Of a stretch of DNA of 64,000 nt, positions 1 through 10,352 are shown in pieces. The notes below the pieces were generated by a model that did not search any database, was not told the DNA's origin, and saw nothing but the letters and a program-made list of their open reading frames with translations. The DNA is from an uncultured Pseudomonadota bacterium. GTDB lineage: Bacteria; Oederibacteriota; Muellerivitia; Muellerivitales; Muellerivitaceae. The stretch covers positions 64,001-128,000 of the forward strand of contig CAWIIP010000002.1 of the NCBI GenBank assembly GCA_963836235.1, written 5' to 3'. The translations under genes and the position numbers were made by a program. Position 1 is the first letter of the stretch, and every line of letters begins with the position of its first letter.

Positions 1-724
1 TCCCGGAAATGCCCCCGGAACCGATGGCGATAACCGATTGAATAATGTTATATCCAGCGCCCAGAGGGTCATCCTGAGGATTGACGAAAACCGCCAGTCT
101 CTCCCTTTGATAGTCTTTTAGGAAATGCCAAACTAGAGGGCTGGATGACGCGCCGATGATGAACATCCACATCAGCCATTTAAATTGGATGCCGCCTACA
201 TACATCAAAACCAGGGAAACCGGCACGAGTAAAAGAGCCGACCCCAAGTCCGGCTGTTTCAGGATGAGAATCAAGGGAATGCCCAGCATCGCCAAAAGAA
301 AAAAAAGTTTGCCAATGTAAAACAATTCCACGGTTTTACTTCCGATATAACGCGCCAAAACCAAAAGAATCGAGAGTTTGGCCAGTTCGGAGGGCTGGTA
401 AGAAAGAATGCCCAGCTTGATCCATCGTTTTGCTCCGTTAGTCTCGTCGCCAATCACAAACACCGCCAATAGTGAAAAAATGGCGATCCAATAAAATATA
501 TAAGAAGCTTCGATCCAAAACCGATAATCCACCTTCGAGAAAACCCACATCCCAAACATAGAGATGAAGAACCAGAACAATTGTTTCTTCCACAATTGGG
601 AGATATCAGCATTGTGAAAAGTGGCGGAAAAAACGATCAAAAAACCAATAACCGATAGAGCGAACACTTCGGTAATGAGTACCCAATCCATGGACTTGAA
701 ATAGGTTTTAATGGCAGCTTTCAT
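1..724 (-). CDS. rodA: Rod shape-determining protein RodA (SEDS family), runs off the window start
   Basis: Not in ORF track. Hand translation from ATG 724 (GAGGAG RBS): MKAAIKTYFKSMDW..GAKRWIKLG..QPSELAK..KQPDLGSA..DPLGAGYNIIQSVIAIGSGG; directly downstream of mrdA. Confidence 0.95.
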   Translation of the reverse strand, partial: MKAAIKTYFKSMDWVLITEVFALSVIGFLIVFSATFHNADISQLWKKQLFWFFISMFGMWVFSKVDYRFWIEASYIFYWIAIFSLLAVFVIGDETNGAKRWIKLGILSYQPSELAKLSILLVLARYIGSKTVELFYIGKLFFLLAMLGIPLILILKQPDLGSALLLVPVSLVLMYVGGIQFKWLMWMFIIGASSSPLVWHFLKDYQRERLAVFVNPQDDPLGAGYNIIQSVIAIGSGGISG

Positions 725-760
725 GCAAAGCTCCTCGAAAAAGCAGCAATAAAAACCTCA

Positions 761-2626
761 TCATGGCCCCACCCCCGTGACTGTCGTCGGCGTGGGAAGC
801 GGCGTGCTGGAAGCTTCTACGGGTGTCGGCGTTTGCCAGGGTGTTACTTCCTGACCCAGTTCCAATTCCATCAACCGCTTGGCAATGGGGGCTGAGACCA
901 CGCCCCCTTCTCCGCCGTTTTCCACCAGTACAATAACCGCCACAGTCGGGTCTTCCGCCGGGGCATAGGCGGTGAACCATGCGTGGTTGTCCCCATGTGG
1001 ATTTTCTGAGGTTCCGGTTTTTCCTGCCACCCGGACCCCCGCAATCCGAGCTTTTTTCCCAGTTCCATTAGGAGAACTGATCACCTTTTCCATAGTGGCC
1101 TTGATGAAGTCCAAATGTGCCGTGGTGATATCGGCTTCATTGGAAAGCTCCGGCTGCTTCTCAAAGAGGGCCCTTCCGGTGGTCCTGTCCACCACCCGGT
1201 ACATCAGATGGGGACGGTAAAACTTGCCGTCCATGGCAATGGTGGAGGTAACGTCCAACATTTGCAGTGGCGTGGTCAAAAGATAGCCTTGTCCGATACT
1301 CATGTGAATCGTATCGCCCGGGAACCAGGGCATATGTTGGGTGCTTTCCTTCCAACGAGAATTAGGTACCAGCCCCGGCACTTCCGAATCCAAGTCGATT
1401 TTCGTCTTGCTTCCCAATCCCAGCTCACGAGCCATATGGTAAATCTTGTCAATTTTAACCAGGAGACCTAATTGATAAAAATAAATATCGCAGGACTCGA
1501 TGATGGCCCGCTCCAAATTGACCCAACCATGCCCCGAGATTCGCCAACAGCGGTAAGGCCACACCGTATACCAATAGATGCCCCGGCATAGGAAAACCTT
1601 GTTCAGGTCAATAACGTTGCCCTCAAGAGCGGCGAGGGCGGTCACCAATTTAAAAATGGAACCCGGCGGATATTGGCCCTGAATGGCGCGGTTTTCCAAG
1701 GGATGGTTTTTGTCCTTAAGTAATTCGTTCCATTCTTTATAGGAAATACCGCTGACAAAGGAATTGGGATCAAAATTTGGCCGGCTGACCAGCGCCAAAA
1801 TCTCTCCTGTTTGTGGATTGGTAACAATAATGGAACCGATTTGGTCTCCCAGTAGATCCTCAGCTAGTTTTTGAAGTTTCCAGTCCAGTGTTAGTTTCAG
1901 GGTCTGGCCCTGAATCGGATCACGGTAAGCCAGGGTCCGGCGTTGGGTTCCCGAGGCGTCCACCTCTACCTCCACGCCACCATTTCGGCCCCGGAGGATT
2001 TGGTCATAGGTACGCTCGACCCCTTTTTTCCCAACTTGGTCGCCCTCCGTATAGCCGCTGTCCCTCAAACGGGCGAGGTCATCCTCACTGATTTCACCGA
2101 TATATCCCAGAACATGAGAAGCCAAGTCTCCATGGGGATAGTAACGTTCCGGTTCCATTTGGACATAAACCCCCGGCAAGTGAACCCGATTCTCTTCAAT
2201 TTTATCCACCAAATCCTCGTCCAAGTGGGATTGAAGGCGAATCGGCTCAAATCTTCGCCGCTGCCGGCGACTTTCCACAAGGTCTTCTAGGGAGGAAAGC
2301 GGTTCCTCTAGTATTTGGCTGAGTTTTAATAAAGCAGAACCGTAAGTTTTAATATCCGCTGGCACCAAAAATAAGGAGTATGTAGGAACATTAGTGGCCA
2401 AGACCTCATTATTGCGATCGGTAATAAGGCCCCGTGGAGCCCTTTGAGGTATCAAACGCAGGCTATTGGTGTCCGAAAGGCCACGGTAAAGGGGATAGTT
2501 CAGAATTTGCAGGTAAAAAAGTTTCAAAAAAATGCCAGCAAAGGCAAAGGTCACCATGCCGAGCAAAAAACCCATCTTCTTTTCGGAAGAGCCTCCGAAT
2601 TTTCCCCGCGGAAACTTCGTCGCCAC
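761..2626 (-). CDS. mrdA: Penicillin-binding protein 2
   Basis: PRGLITDRN, PGSIFK (SxxK), SCD (SxD), KTGT motifs; mre operon context; Thr/Pro C-terminal tail. Confidence 0.95.
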   Translation of the reverse strand: MATKFPRGKFGGSSEKKMGFLLGMVTFAFAGIFLKLFYLQILNYPLYRGLSDTNSLRLIPQRAPRGLITDRNNEVLATNVPTYSLFLVPADIKTYGSALLKLSQILEEPLSSLEDLVESRRQRRRFEPIRLQSHLDEDLVDKIEENRVHLPGVYVQMEPERYYPHGDLASHVLGYIGEISEDDLARLRDSGYTEGDQVGKKGVERTYDQILRGRNGGVEVEVDASGTQRRTLAYRDPIQGQTLKLTLDWKLQKLAEDLLGDQIGSIIVTNPQTGEILALVSRPNFDPNSFVSGISYKEWNELLKDKNHPLENRAIQGQYPPGSIFKLVTALAALEGNVIDLNKVFLCRGIYWYTVWPYRCWRISGHGWVNLERAIIESCDIYFYQLGLLVKIDKIYHMARELGLGSKTKIDLDSEVPGLVPNSRWKESTQHMPWFPGDTIHMSIGQGYLLTTPLQMLDVTSTIAMDGKFYRPHLMYRVVDRTTGRALFEKQPELSNEADITTAHLDFIKATMEKVISSPNGTGKKARIAGVRVAGKTGTSENPHGDNHAWFTAYAPAEDPTVAVIVLVENGGEGGVVSAPIAKRLMELELGQEVTPWQTPTPVEASSTPLPTPTTVTGVGP

Positions 2627-2722
2627 TTACCACTCCTTAAATACAACCAGTATTTCAAATGCTAGTTAACAAATTTTTAATGGTCGATTAAATTTTTCCC
2701 ATAACTTCAAACTTGGAGCCGC

Positions 2723-3205
2723 TTATGCCGTGGCGGGATCAAACCGTCTTCTTCGAAACCGCACCACAAAGAAACTAACCACCGCGCCCGCGAGAGTTGT
2801 AGCCAAGAGGGTTTTAACGCAAATCCAGAGAACGTCTTGTATTTCCGGAGCCGAACCATCCCATTTTAGCATCCACCAAATGACGGCTTCGTGAAAAAGG
2901 GTAGCTCCGAAAATCAGTAAGGTCTGGGTCAAAACCCTTTCCCGATAGATGTGCCGTTTAGAAACCGAGGAAAGCATTCCGGTTAACGTTTTAGCGATTG
3001 TGTTGGGACCGATCCAAGAGGTGGACAACATATCTTGAACCAACCCCAGGAGGAAACCCCAACCAGCGGCCTTCGGTACCGTGGTTCTCAAGCCCGTCAA
3101 CACGACGAACAGAAGAGGCAAATCAATACCCCAAGTGGAAATGGCTGGAAGCTGCTGGGCGAATAAAAGAGCCAGTATCAAAACAATCTGCCGTGAAATC
3201 CTCAC
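2723..3205 (-). CDS. mreD: Rod shape-determining protein MreD
   Basis: 160-aa hydrophobic protein, GFLLGLVQD motif, between mreC and mrdA. Confidence 0.9.
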   Translation of the reverse strand: MRISRQIVLILALLFAQQLPAISTWGIDLPLLFVVLTGLRTTVPKAAGWGFLLGLVQDMLSTSWIGPNTIAKTLTGMLSSVSKRHIYRERVLTQTLLIFGATLFHEAVIWWMLKWDGSAPEIQDVLWICVKTLLATTLAGAVVSFFVVRFRRRRFDPATA

Positions 3206-4032
3206 TGGAAGACGTCCACCGGCGGTAGGATGAAGACATAATCCAGCGCGGCCGCATCCACCACCGGCTGCAATTCAATTTCCATGTTGAGGCCGTTTTC
3301 CGATTCGTTTTTCTTTACAACCGTGCCGATGGAATAGCCCTTGGGGAAAATACCTCCCATACCCGAGGACACAATCACATCGTCTTTTTGGACGTCCTCA
3401 CCCGCGCTCACATAACCGAACTTCAATTGGTTGCGCCCCGTCCCCTGCACAATACCCGTCACCCGGGACCGATCATCAATTCCGGCGACGCTGGATTCTG
3501 AATCGGACAAGATCAACACCCTGGAATCGTGAGGCGCCACCTCCAAAACCCGGCCAACAATTCCCTGCTCCGAAATGACCGGCGAATCGACCAAGATTCC
3601 ATCTTCCGATCCGACGTCGACGACAAAACTACTATTCCATGTGCTGGGATCGTGGGCGATGATGCGGGCAATCTTGGCCTGCCGGGGAAGTTTGGCCTTG
3701 ATTTGAAGGACGTCTTTCAATCGGGCCAATTCCGACTCTGTGGATTTGTGGTTTGAGAGCTCCAAGCGCAGGGATTGGTTTTCCAGTTGGAGCCTGTCGA
3801 CTTCCTGCCGCAAGTTCTGCAGTTCACGAACAGCGTTGAGGGTGTTTTCGGGGAAAGTGATCAACCAAGTAACGGACCTTTGAATCGGCATCCAGAGATT
3901 TATCGAAATGTTTTTGAGGGGATTGACAGGGCCTTCTCGATGGGAATTACGGTGAACCAGTAGCCACACACAAATCGAAAGGATCGCTGTAAGAAAAAGG
4001 CCAGAAAGGTTTTTTATGAAAAATTTCAGCAT
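3202..4032 (-). CDS. mreC: Rod shape-determining protein MreC (probable start ATG 4032, MLKFFIK)
   Basis: TM helix, coiled coil, DVGSEDGI, GIVGRV, SSGMGGIFPKG motifs. Confidence 0.93.
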   Translation of the reverse strand: MLKFFIKNLSGLFLTAILSICVWLLVHRNSHREGPVNPLKNISINLWMPIQRSVTWLITFPENTLNAVRELQNLRQEVDRLQLENQSLRLELSNHKSTESELARLKDVLQIKAKLPRQAKIARIIAHDPSTWNSSFVVDVGSEDGILVDSPVISEQGIVGRVLEVAPHDSRVLILSDSESSVAGIDDRSRVTGIVQGTGRNQLKFGYVSAGEDVQKDDVIVSSGMGGIFPKGYSIGTVVKKNESENGLNMEIELQPVVDAAALDYVFILPPVDVFQ

Positions 4033-4062
4033 GAGACCCCGGCAAGAGGCAATTTTGGATGA

Positions 4063-4137
4063 TAAATTTTTAATTTTAAACTTTTGAAGATTTTCACCTT
4101 CGTGAAAAACAACCAAAATTCAAAATTAAGAATTTAA
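4063..4137. repeat. AT-rich imperfect inverted repeat between mreB and mreC
   Basis: Arms TAAATTTTTAATTTTAAACTTT and AAAATTCAAAATTAAGAATTTA around inner hairpin TTTTCAC-CTTC-GTGAAAA. Confidence 0.55.
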
Positions 4138-4148
4138 AATCGCTTTTC

Positions 4149-5189
4149 TTAGACGTATTCTTTTTCGAGGACGGAGATGCGCTTAAGGAAATCCATCGAC
4201 CGATCCAAAAGATGCCCAGCCCCCATCGCGACTGCGGTAGTAGGATCGTCCGCCAGGTTGACAGGAACGCCGGTTTCATCCCGCAGACGCTCATCCAAAT
4301 TCTTCAACAAAGAAGAACCGCCAGCTAGGATGATACCCCGGTCGACAATATCCGCCGCCAACTCGGGAGGTGTCCGCTCCAAGGTCATTTTGATGCACTC
4401 GATAATGGGAATCAGGGGCTCTTCCAAAGCGCCTCGAACCTCTTCCGAAGTCAATTCAATGGTTTTAGGAAGTCCGGTCACCAAATCCCTTCCTTTAATC
4501 TGCATACGCAGTTCCTGCTCCAAAGGAAAGGCCGATCCGATTTGAATTTTGACATCCTCGGCCGTTCTCTCGCCCACAAGGATGTTATAGGTGCGTTTAA
4601 TGTAATTAATAACCGCCTCGTCCAACTCGTCTCCCGCCGTTCGGATAGACTTTCCATAAACAATATCACCCAGGGAGATAACAGCCACTTCGGTAGTGCC
4701 GCCACCGATATCCACGATCATATTTCCCTGCGGTTCGGCGATCGGCATGCCGGCCCCGATGGCAGCCGCCATCGGCTCTTCCACAAGGTAAACTTCCCGC
4801 GCCCCCGCTTGCTCGGCGGAGTCACGAACAGCCCTTTTCTCCACCTCGGTACAACCTGAAGGAATGGCCACAACAATACGAGGACGGATTAAGGAACGGC
4901 GATTATGAACCTTTGAAATGAAATAACGCAGCATTCGTTCTGTGACTTCAAAGTCGGCGATCACGCCGTCCTTCATTGGACGAATGGCGACGATGGAGCC
5001 GGGAGTTCTTCCCAGCATTAGTTTGGCGTCATTACCCACGGCCAAGATTTGATTGGTGGCCTTATGGACGACAACGAGGGAAGGTTCTTGGAGGACGATT
5101 CCACGTCCTTTGACGTAAACGAGTGTGGTCGCTGTGCCCAAGTCGATCGCGACGTCGCTTGAGAAAAGCCCCAATAGAAAATTAAGCAA
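4149..5189 (-). CDS. mreB: Actin-like protein MreB
   Basis: [35 protein letters not shown]; TTG start with AGGAG RBS. Confidence 0.98.
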   Translation of the reverse strand: MLNFLLGLFSSDVAIDLGTATTLVYVKGRGIVLQEPSLVVVHKATNQILAVGNDAKLMLGRTPGSIVAIRPMKDGVIADFEVTERMLRYFISKVHNRRSLIRPRIVVAIPSGCTEVEKRAVRDSAEQAGAREVYLVEEPMAAAIGAGMPIAEPQGNMIVDIGGGTTEVAVISLGDIVYGKSIRTAGDELDEAVINYIKRTYNILVGERTAEDVKIQIGSAFPLEQELRMQIKGRDLVTGLPKTIELTSEEVRGALEEPLIPIIECIKMTLERTPPELAADIVDRGIILAGGSSLLKNLDERLRDETGVPVNLADDPTTAVAMGAGHLLDRSMDFLKRISVLEKEYV

Positions 5190-5276
5190 TCAAATCTCCT
5201 TTACCGGGCCTCCCGGAAAATACCTAAAAGGCGCCCAGTCAACCCGTAAAACTTTTCCCGGAATGATGAACGGGAC

Positions 5277-5313
5277 AAAAAAAAGAACCCCGGTTGGAAA
5301 AACCGAGGAATTC
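5277..5313 (-). terminator. Rho-independent terminator-like hairpin upstream of mreB
   Basis: Minus strand GAATTCCTCGGTT-TTTCC-AACCGGGGTTC followed by T8. Confidence 0.6.
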
Positions 5314-5465
5314 AAAAACCCTTTATAGCCAATAAGTCAAGAGGTTGCAGTGTAACACAGCGGTTTATTGAGTCCAATCCTTTTAAATCCAGCCAAAAAC
5401 ATAGGGGGGCTCCGGATAAAACCCATAAAGTTTTTTAGGAAATAATTACCAAACCATTGAACGCG

Positions 5466-5936
5466 TTATTTATTTTTCTCGATAACAGGCGTGGGTTTGG
5501 GTTCGGATTTCTTGGACTTATCCCTGAGGATCCTCTCAAACAGCTTCAAGTATTCTTTCTTAAGTTCGGCTGGGGAAGAATTTCGGTACAGACCTTCATT
5601 GAACTTTTCACCCAAGTACTCTTTGCTTTCGCGGATGAATGTTAAAAGGGCCCCGACATTTTCATCGGCCTCAGTAGTGCCGGAGGGAGTTTCGATGACA
5701 ACTTTTTGAAGCACCCCTTCCCGGTAGCGCCCGACTTGGTCTTCGGTCGGATTAACGATTCCTGAAATTTTTCCCGTGAAGTTTTCAATAAAAAAAAGGA
5801 TTTCGATTTCTTTACCATACAACTCAGAAATACCTACAAGGGGCTTGGATTGCGGATGACTTTGTAAGTCGATCCCGCATTCACTGCAAAATTTGTTTTT
5901 AGGGTCGTTTTTAGTCCCGCACTGGCCGCACTTCAT
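5466..5936 (-). CDS. Zinc-ribbon domain hypothetical protein
   Basis: N-terminal CGQC..FCSECG; GAAGGA RBS. Confidence 0.75.
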   Translation of the reverse strand: MKCGQCGTKNDPKNKFCSECGIDLQSHPQSKPLVGISELYGKEIEILFFIENFTGKISGIVNPTEDQVGRYREGVLQKVVIETPSGTTEADENVGALLTFIRESKEYLGEKFNEGLYRNSSPAELKKEYLKLFERILRDKSKKSEPKPTPVIEKNK

Positions 5937-6275
5937 GTGAATCCTTCAATATAGAGTCTCTAAGTTGGCTAACTATACCATGTAAGATTGGTGTTTCAAG
6001 TGGTTTTGCCCTATTTTCACGTTATCTTGACAATACTAACGACCCTTTATGGCGTAACTTGAGAACCTTTGAGGCACAGATTAAGAGAAGTTAACTATTC
6101 CAGAAAGTTCCGTAAAATTGAAATTGCAATTTCGGTCTTGTCGAAAATATCGTTTCAAGGAAATGTAAATAATATTTCAACTTATTCACATTCAAAATTG
6201 TCGGATCAAGTTTGAATATTCTTATTGAATACACCATCAATTTGGATATATTTTTCATCCATGTCAGTGAATAAG

Positions 6276-6434
6276 ATGAAAAGCAAATTAAACGCTTCAG
6301 GACAAGCGGCTGTTGAATATCTTTTGACACTCACAGCAATTTTTATCGCTTTTGCGGGAGTGTCGATTCTCTTCTCGAACCAGGTAAATCATTATTTATC
6401 GTTGTTGTTCGACCTGATTATTCTACCGTTTTGA
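6276..6434 (+). CDS. Small Flp/Tad pilin-like protein (start 6261 or 6276)
   Basis: SG|QAAVEY prepilin cleavage motif plus hydrophobic helix; first gene of the tad cluster. Confidence 0.7.
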   Translation: MKSKLNASGQAAVEYLLTLTAIFIAFAGVSILFSNQVNHYLSLLFDLIILPF

Positions 6435-6462
6435 AGCGAGCTTTTTTCAAAGGAGAAGTGAA

Positions 6463-6654
6463 ATGAAGAAGCCTAATCAAAAGGGCCAAGGAATGACGGA
6501 GTATATTTTAATCGTCGCCTTAATTGCCGTTGCTGTCATAGGCGCCGTTAAATTCTTCGGAAATAAAACAAGTGCAGGATTCACAAATACAGCCAATGCC
6601 ATTAATGGCGCTGTTCAAAGCGGAGTAAATTCAGGTTCTGCTCCCGTAACCTGA
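6463..6654 (+). CDS. flp: Flp family type IVb major pilin
   Basis: KG|QGMTEYILIVALIAVAVI Flp motif; AAGGAG RBS. Confidence 0.92.
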   Translation: MKKPNQKGQGMTEYILIVALIAVAVIGAVKFFGNKTSAGFTNTANAINGAVQSGVNSGSAPVT

Positions 6655-6658
6655 ATCA

Positions 6659-7192
6659 ATGTTAAGAAACCAAAAGGGGCAATCAGCGGTGGAGTTGGCG
6701 GTTATTGCCCCTTTTTTATTTTTCTTTTTTTTTGCTGTAATTCAAGTTTCCTACATTTCTTATGTTTCACTCGCTGTTCAACGAGCCGCTTTAGCCATTG
6801 CCCGAACAGCCTCGGTCGGCGGAAAAAATAATTCTACCGCTTTTAAAATCCAACTTGCCATTTCCCTGCTTCCCCTCATTAGTTTGAATCAAAAAACACT
6901 TTTAACGATCTTATCAAGTAATTTCGAGATTATAACTTCTTGGGACAACACTAATGTTACAGCCCGGGTGAGTTACCCTATGCCCATTTGGGTTCCATTA
7001 GTAGGCAATGTTTTTTGCAATCAACTTGTACCTTCTGTGAATTATAACAATACGTCTGAGGGTCAGGCTGTTAAAACAGCTTTACAACTTCTAAATCTGA
7101 ATCCGCCTGATTTATCTTTTCAAGGAGTTCAATTGCCCGTCCGTTGGATCACTTATGAAGCTACTACTTTCAACGAAGCTTACTGGCACTAA
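6659..7192 (+). CDS. TadE-like minor pilin
   Basis: KG|QSAVELAVIAP..AALAIAR. Confidence 0.85.
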   Translation: MLRNQKGQSAVELAVIAPFLFFFFFAVIQVSYISYVSLAVQRAALAIARTASVGGKNNSTAFKIQLAISLLPLISLNQKTLLTILSSNFEIITSWDNTNVTARVSYPMPIWVPLVGNVFCNQLVPSVNYNNTSEGQAVKTALQLLNLNPPDLSFQGVQLPVRWITYEATTFNEAYWH

Positions 7193-7197
7193 ACAAA

Positions 7198-8316
7198 ATG
7201 ATAACTCTGAAGAATTTCAGCCAAAAACCTTGTGGGCAAGTCCTATTAGCTACTCTTCTTTTTTGTTTTATTTTCATTGCTCTATTTGCTGGCCTCTACA
7301 AAGCCGGGACGGCTTATATCATGAAAGAACAATCTCGGAGAGCGGTAAATTTAACAGCCTTGTCAGCAGGCGCAATTTATGCCAACGGCCTAGAATTGGT
7401 CCGAGAATCCAACGCTATCATTTTGGTTTGGGCCGGATTTGATGCAATAGTAGTTGGCGATGCTATTGCAGCAGCATTAATGGCACCCCCCCCGTTAGAC
7501 ATTGGAACTGTTATGTTTGCCGCTGAAGAAGCCGATCCCCATACCCGGGATCCTTGGCAGGACGCCTTTGCTTCTGTATTTGGCGTAGATACGCCTGCCG
7601 GAGCTGGGGCATTTCCATCTCTTATCGAAGGCCAATCCCTCGCGACCGCAAACGAAAACGGACTTTCATTTATGCCTGTTTTTCTCTACAACTACGAAAC
7701 CGGGACCGCTACGGATGTCATTGTGCCAAACATGGCTCTGCGTTTTCGTTATGCAGATGAATTCCTCCCGGAAGATCAAAAAGCAACTTATTCATTAATG
7801 CATAATGGCCAAAGGAGTTATTTTTCGGCGGATCAAGTTGAATCCGCCAACAATCCAAAAAACCCGAACCAAATGCGAGTCAAGGAAAGTTTGGGCCCAC
7901 CCTATGCCGGCTGGTGGGTCCGCAAGGAAACCGATGGAAGCAATGATGATACCCAAGGACACAATCCCCTTTCCGTATTTGGTCCTATTTCCAAGTTGAA
8001 ATTTATTAAGGATTATTTGCATCAATTCAAATTGGACATTACCGATAGAGACGACCCACCTTGCCATACTTTCACCCTCCTCGGGAATATCAATGGAAAA
8101 TTCGGGAATAAAAATAAATCTTTTTATCAAGCAAGTGAAGTAAGGATAGAAACTAATGGACTCGCACCATGGGACCTGCTGAATCCTTTTCAAATTTATT
8201 TAACACTCGTGAATATCGGTGAGTTCCCGGTTTTACGGGAGGCGTTTGAGACATTTAATAACATACCTGTTTTGAAACAAATCCTTCAAACTTCCGATGC
8301 ATTGAATGGAATATGA
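7198..8316 (+). CDS. TadG-like pilus-associated protein
   Basis: G|QVLL plus hydrophobic helix and ALSAG motif; position in tad cluster. Confidence 0.6.
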   Translation: MITLKNFSQKPCGQVLLATLLFCFIFIALFAGLYKAGTAYIMKEQSRRAVNLTALSAGAIYANGLELVRESNAIILVWAGFDAIVVGDAIAAALMAPPPLDIGTVMFAAEEADPHTRDPWQDAFASVFGVDTPAGAGAFPSLIEGQSLATANENGLSFMPVFLYNYETGTATDVIVPNMALRFRYADEFLPEDQKATYSLMHNGQRSYFSADQVESANNPKNPNQMRVKESLGPPYAGWWVRKETDGSNDDTQGHNPLSVFGPISKLKFIKDYLHQFKLDITDRDDPPCHTFTLLGNINGKFGNKNKSFYQASEVRIETNGLAPWDLLNPFQIYLTLVNIGEFPVLREAFETFNNIPVLKQILQTSDALNGI

Positions 8317-8780
8317 GAATTTTCAAAAATATTAAAACTGAAAAAGGCCAGGCACTTATCGAGATGCTTATCGCCCTCCCGCTCCTGTGCCTCTTCTCCG
8401 CCGGCATTATCCAGTTTGCCATTCTGTTTTTGTCTTATGTCCAATTTGAACACGCTTGTGGCGAAGCTGCTCGGCAATATGCCGCTGGAATAATTGGCAA
8501 AGATTCTCTTGAACCCGAAATCGAGAATAACTTGGGTTACTTCCGGGGTTATTTTGATTTGTATTCACTGACCGCAACGATTCAACAACCTCAATCAGCC
8601 CCGGACCGTGTTTTAAATAACGTAAGGAACATCGTTTCAAAAATACCTGGCGGCCTCACATACGATGGTTATGAATGGTCCGTTAACATCAATTGCAGGC
8701 CTCCCTTCTTCTTCGCCGCTATTTTTACAGGCGGCATTCCCTTCCATACCGTTATGCAAGTTTACCGGTATCCAGGGTAA
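8313..8780 (+). CDS. TadE-like minor pilin
   Basis: KG|QALIEMLIALP..ACGEAAR. Confidence 0.85.
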   Translation: MRIFKNIKTEKGQALIEMLIALPLLCLFSAGIIQFAILFLSYVQFEHACGEAARQYAAGIIGKDSLEPEIENNLGYFRGYFDLYSLTATIQQPQSAPDRVLNNVRNIVSKIPGGLTYDGYEWSVNINCRPPFFFAAIFTGGIPFHTVMQVYRYPG

Positions 8781-8782
8781 CC

Positions 8783-9505
8783 ATGAAAAACCATAAGTGG
8801 TTTTGGATAACATTTGGCACCTGGTGTTTTATTGCGACAATGGGCGCATGGGCTTTGATTTTTGCGCCTTTTCACTTGAATTCAAAAAAGATTTCTGAAT
8901 TCCAATTGAAAATCAACGGATATCCGAGTCAAAACCAAGTTTTAGCCAGCTCAGCTCCAATTGACAAATCTTTGAATGCGATAACCGGACAATGGGAAAG
9001 TGAAGGTTGGAAATCTCAGACAAATACTATAAATTTGGCTCCCATCCTCATGAACATTCCAGAAAATTACGAAAAGTTGGCGTCTTCATTAGTGCAACTT
9101 CAGATATTTCAAAAAAACGGGGATTATCGTCTTTTGGGACTCTTTGATAACTCCAACAATAATCAAACTTATCAATGGATTGAAGAGGTCCCTAAAAAAG
9201 CAATCCAGTCCGAAGATCCATCTAAAGTTGAATTTCCGCTGAAACCTCCACAATCTGCTTTAAATGTTTTTACGATTAAGTCCAAAAAAATTGAAACATG
9301 TGGTTGGTCATTTTCCTCAAGTTCAAAAATCGAAGATCAATTCATCCACACTTATGCTTCCGAAGGATTCAATGGAAAAATTTGGTCGAAACATACTGGT
9401 GAATCAGTTTATATCCTCCAAAGGGGGACTATTAAACTTTTAGCTGTCCTGAATCAATCGGGCAACAGAAATACAATTTCATTGGTGAAACTCAACAAAA
9501 GATAG
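8783..9505 (+). CDS. Membrane-anchored hypothetical protein of the tad cluster
   Basis: ATG 8783 just after the upstream stop; N-terminal TM helix. Confidence 0.7.
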   Translation: MKNHKWFWITFGTWCFIATMGAWALIFAPFHLNSKKISEFQLKINGYPSQNQVLASSAPIDKSLNAITGQWESEGWKSQTNTINLAPILMNIPENYEKLASSLVQLQIFQKNGDYRLLGLFDNSNNNQTYQWIEEVPKKAIQSEDPSKVEFPLKPPQSALNVFTIKSKKIETCGWSFSSSSKIEDQFIHTYASEGFNGKIWSKHTGESVYILQRGTIKLLAVLNQSGNRNTISLVKLNKR

Positions 9506-9567
9506 TTTAAAATTCAGTGCATTTTCTATTCAAGGTGATTTTTTGACGTAATTGGCGCGGGGGCATC

Positions 9568-10350
9568 ATGAATAATCGGAATTCAATCATCGCACTCATT
9601 GTTGGAGTTTTCTGTGGTGCGCTAGCTTTCTTCTTGCTTTATCAAACCGCTTCCGAAATCGAAAAGAAGGCAACACCCGTTCAAGTATTAGTTGCTTCCG
9701 ATTACATACCAGTTGGCGTCTTTTTAAAAGCCAATATGGTTGAAAAAAAAACCGTCCCAGAGTCGTTTGTGAGCCCGAGTGCTATACGCGATTTGCGGGA
9801 AGTGGACGATTTGATGACATTAGTTCCTATTTCAGAGGGCGAACAAATCCAGTCCAATAAGTTTGGAACGGGTGAAGAGACCCTGGCCTTGTCCCTAAAC
9901 CCCGGTTTCCGGGCCTATACTCTTGAAGTAAATGAAACCAGTGGTGTCGGAAACCTCATCCGGCCCGGCAATCATGTGGACATTCTAACCAAGCTCGATT
10001 CCGACAAACGTGAAGTGACTTCCTTTGTTTTCCAGAATCTACAAGTATTGGCCGTCGGTCAAAAGCTGAATTCGATTCAACATTCCAAAAAAGAGAAAGA
10101 GTCTATCGTCGATGATAGCAATTCTGGATATAGCACTATCACTTTGGCCGTCACCCCGGAGCAAGCTGAAACCTTGATGTATTTGGACGGCCGTCCCCTT
10201 CGATTGATATTGCGGAGTTCCAATGACGACGAAATTGTTTCGGTAACAAATCAAAGTGAAGCGGAAGTTCTTTCAAAACTTGGGCATTTCGTGCCGTCCA
10301 CGCATCACAACATTGAAATTATTCGGGGCGGTGTAAAGCAAGGAGAATAA
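9568..10350 (+). CDS. cpaB: Flp pilus assembly protein CpaB/RcpC
   Basis: VLVA..IPVG SAF-like domain, GVGNLIRPGNHVDI, VLAVGQ, TITLAVTPEQAE. Confidence 0.93.
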   Translation: MNNRNSIIALIVGVFCGALAFFLLYQTASEIEKKATPVQVLVASDYIPVGVFLKANMVEKKTVPESFVSPSAIRDLREVDDLMTLVPISEGEQIQSNKFGTGEETLALSLNPGFRAYTLEVNETSGVGNLIRPGNHVDILTKLDSDKREVTSFVFQNLQVLAVGQKLNSIQHSKKEKESIVDDSNSGYSTITLAVTPEQAETLMYLDGRPLRLILRSSNDDEIVSVTNQSEAEVLSKLGHFVPSTHHNIEIIRGGVKQGE

Positions 10351-10352
10351 GT

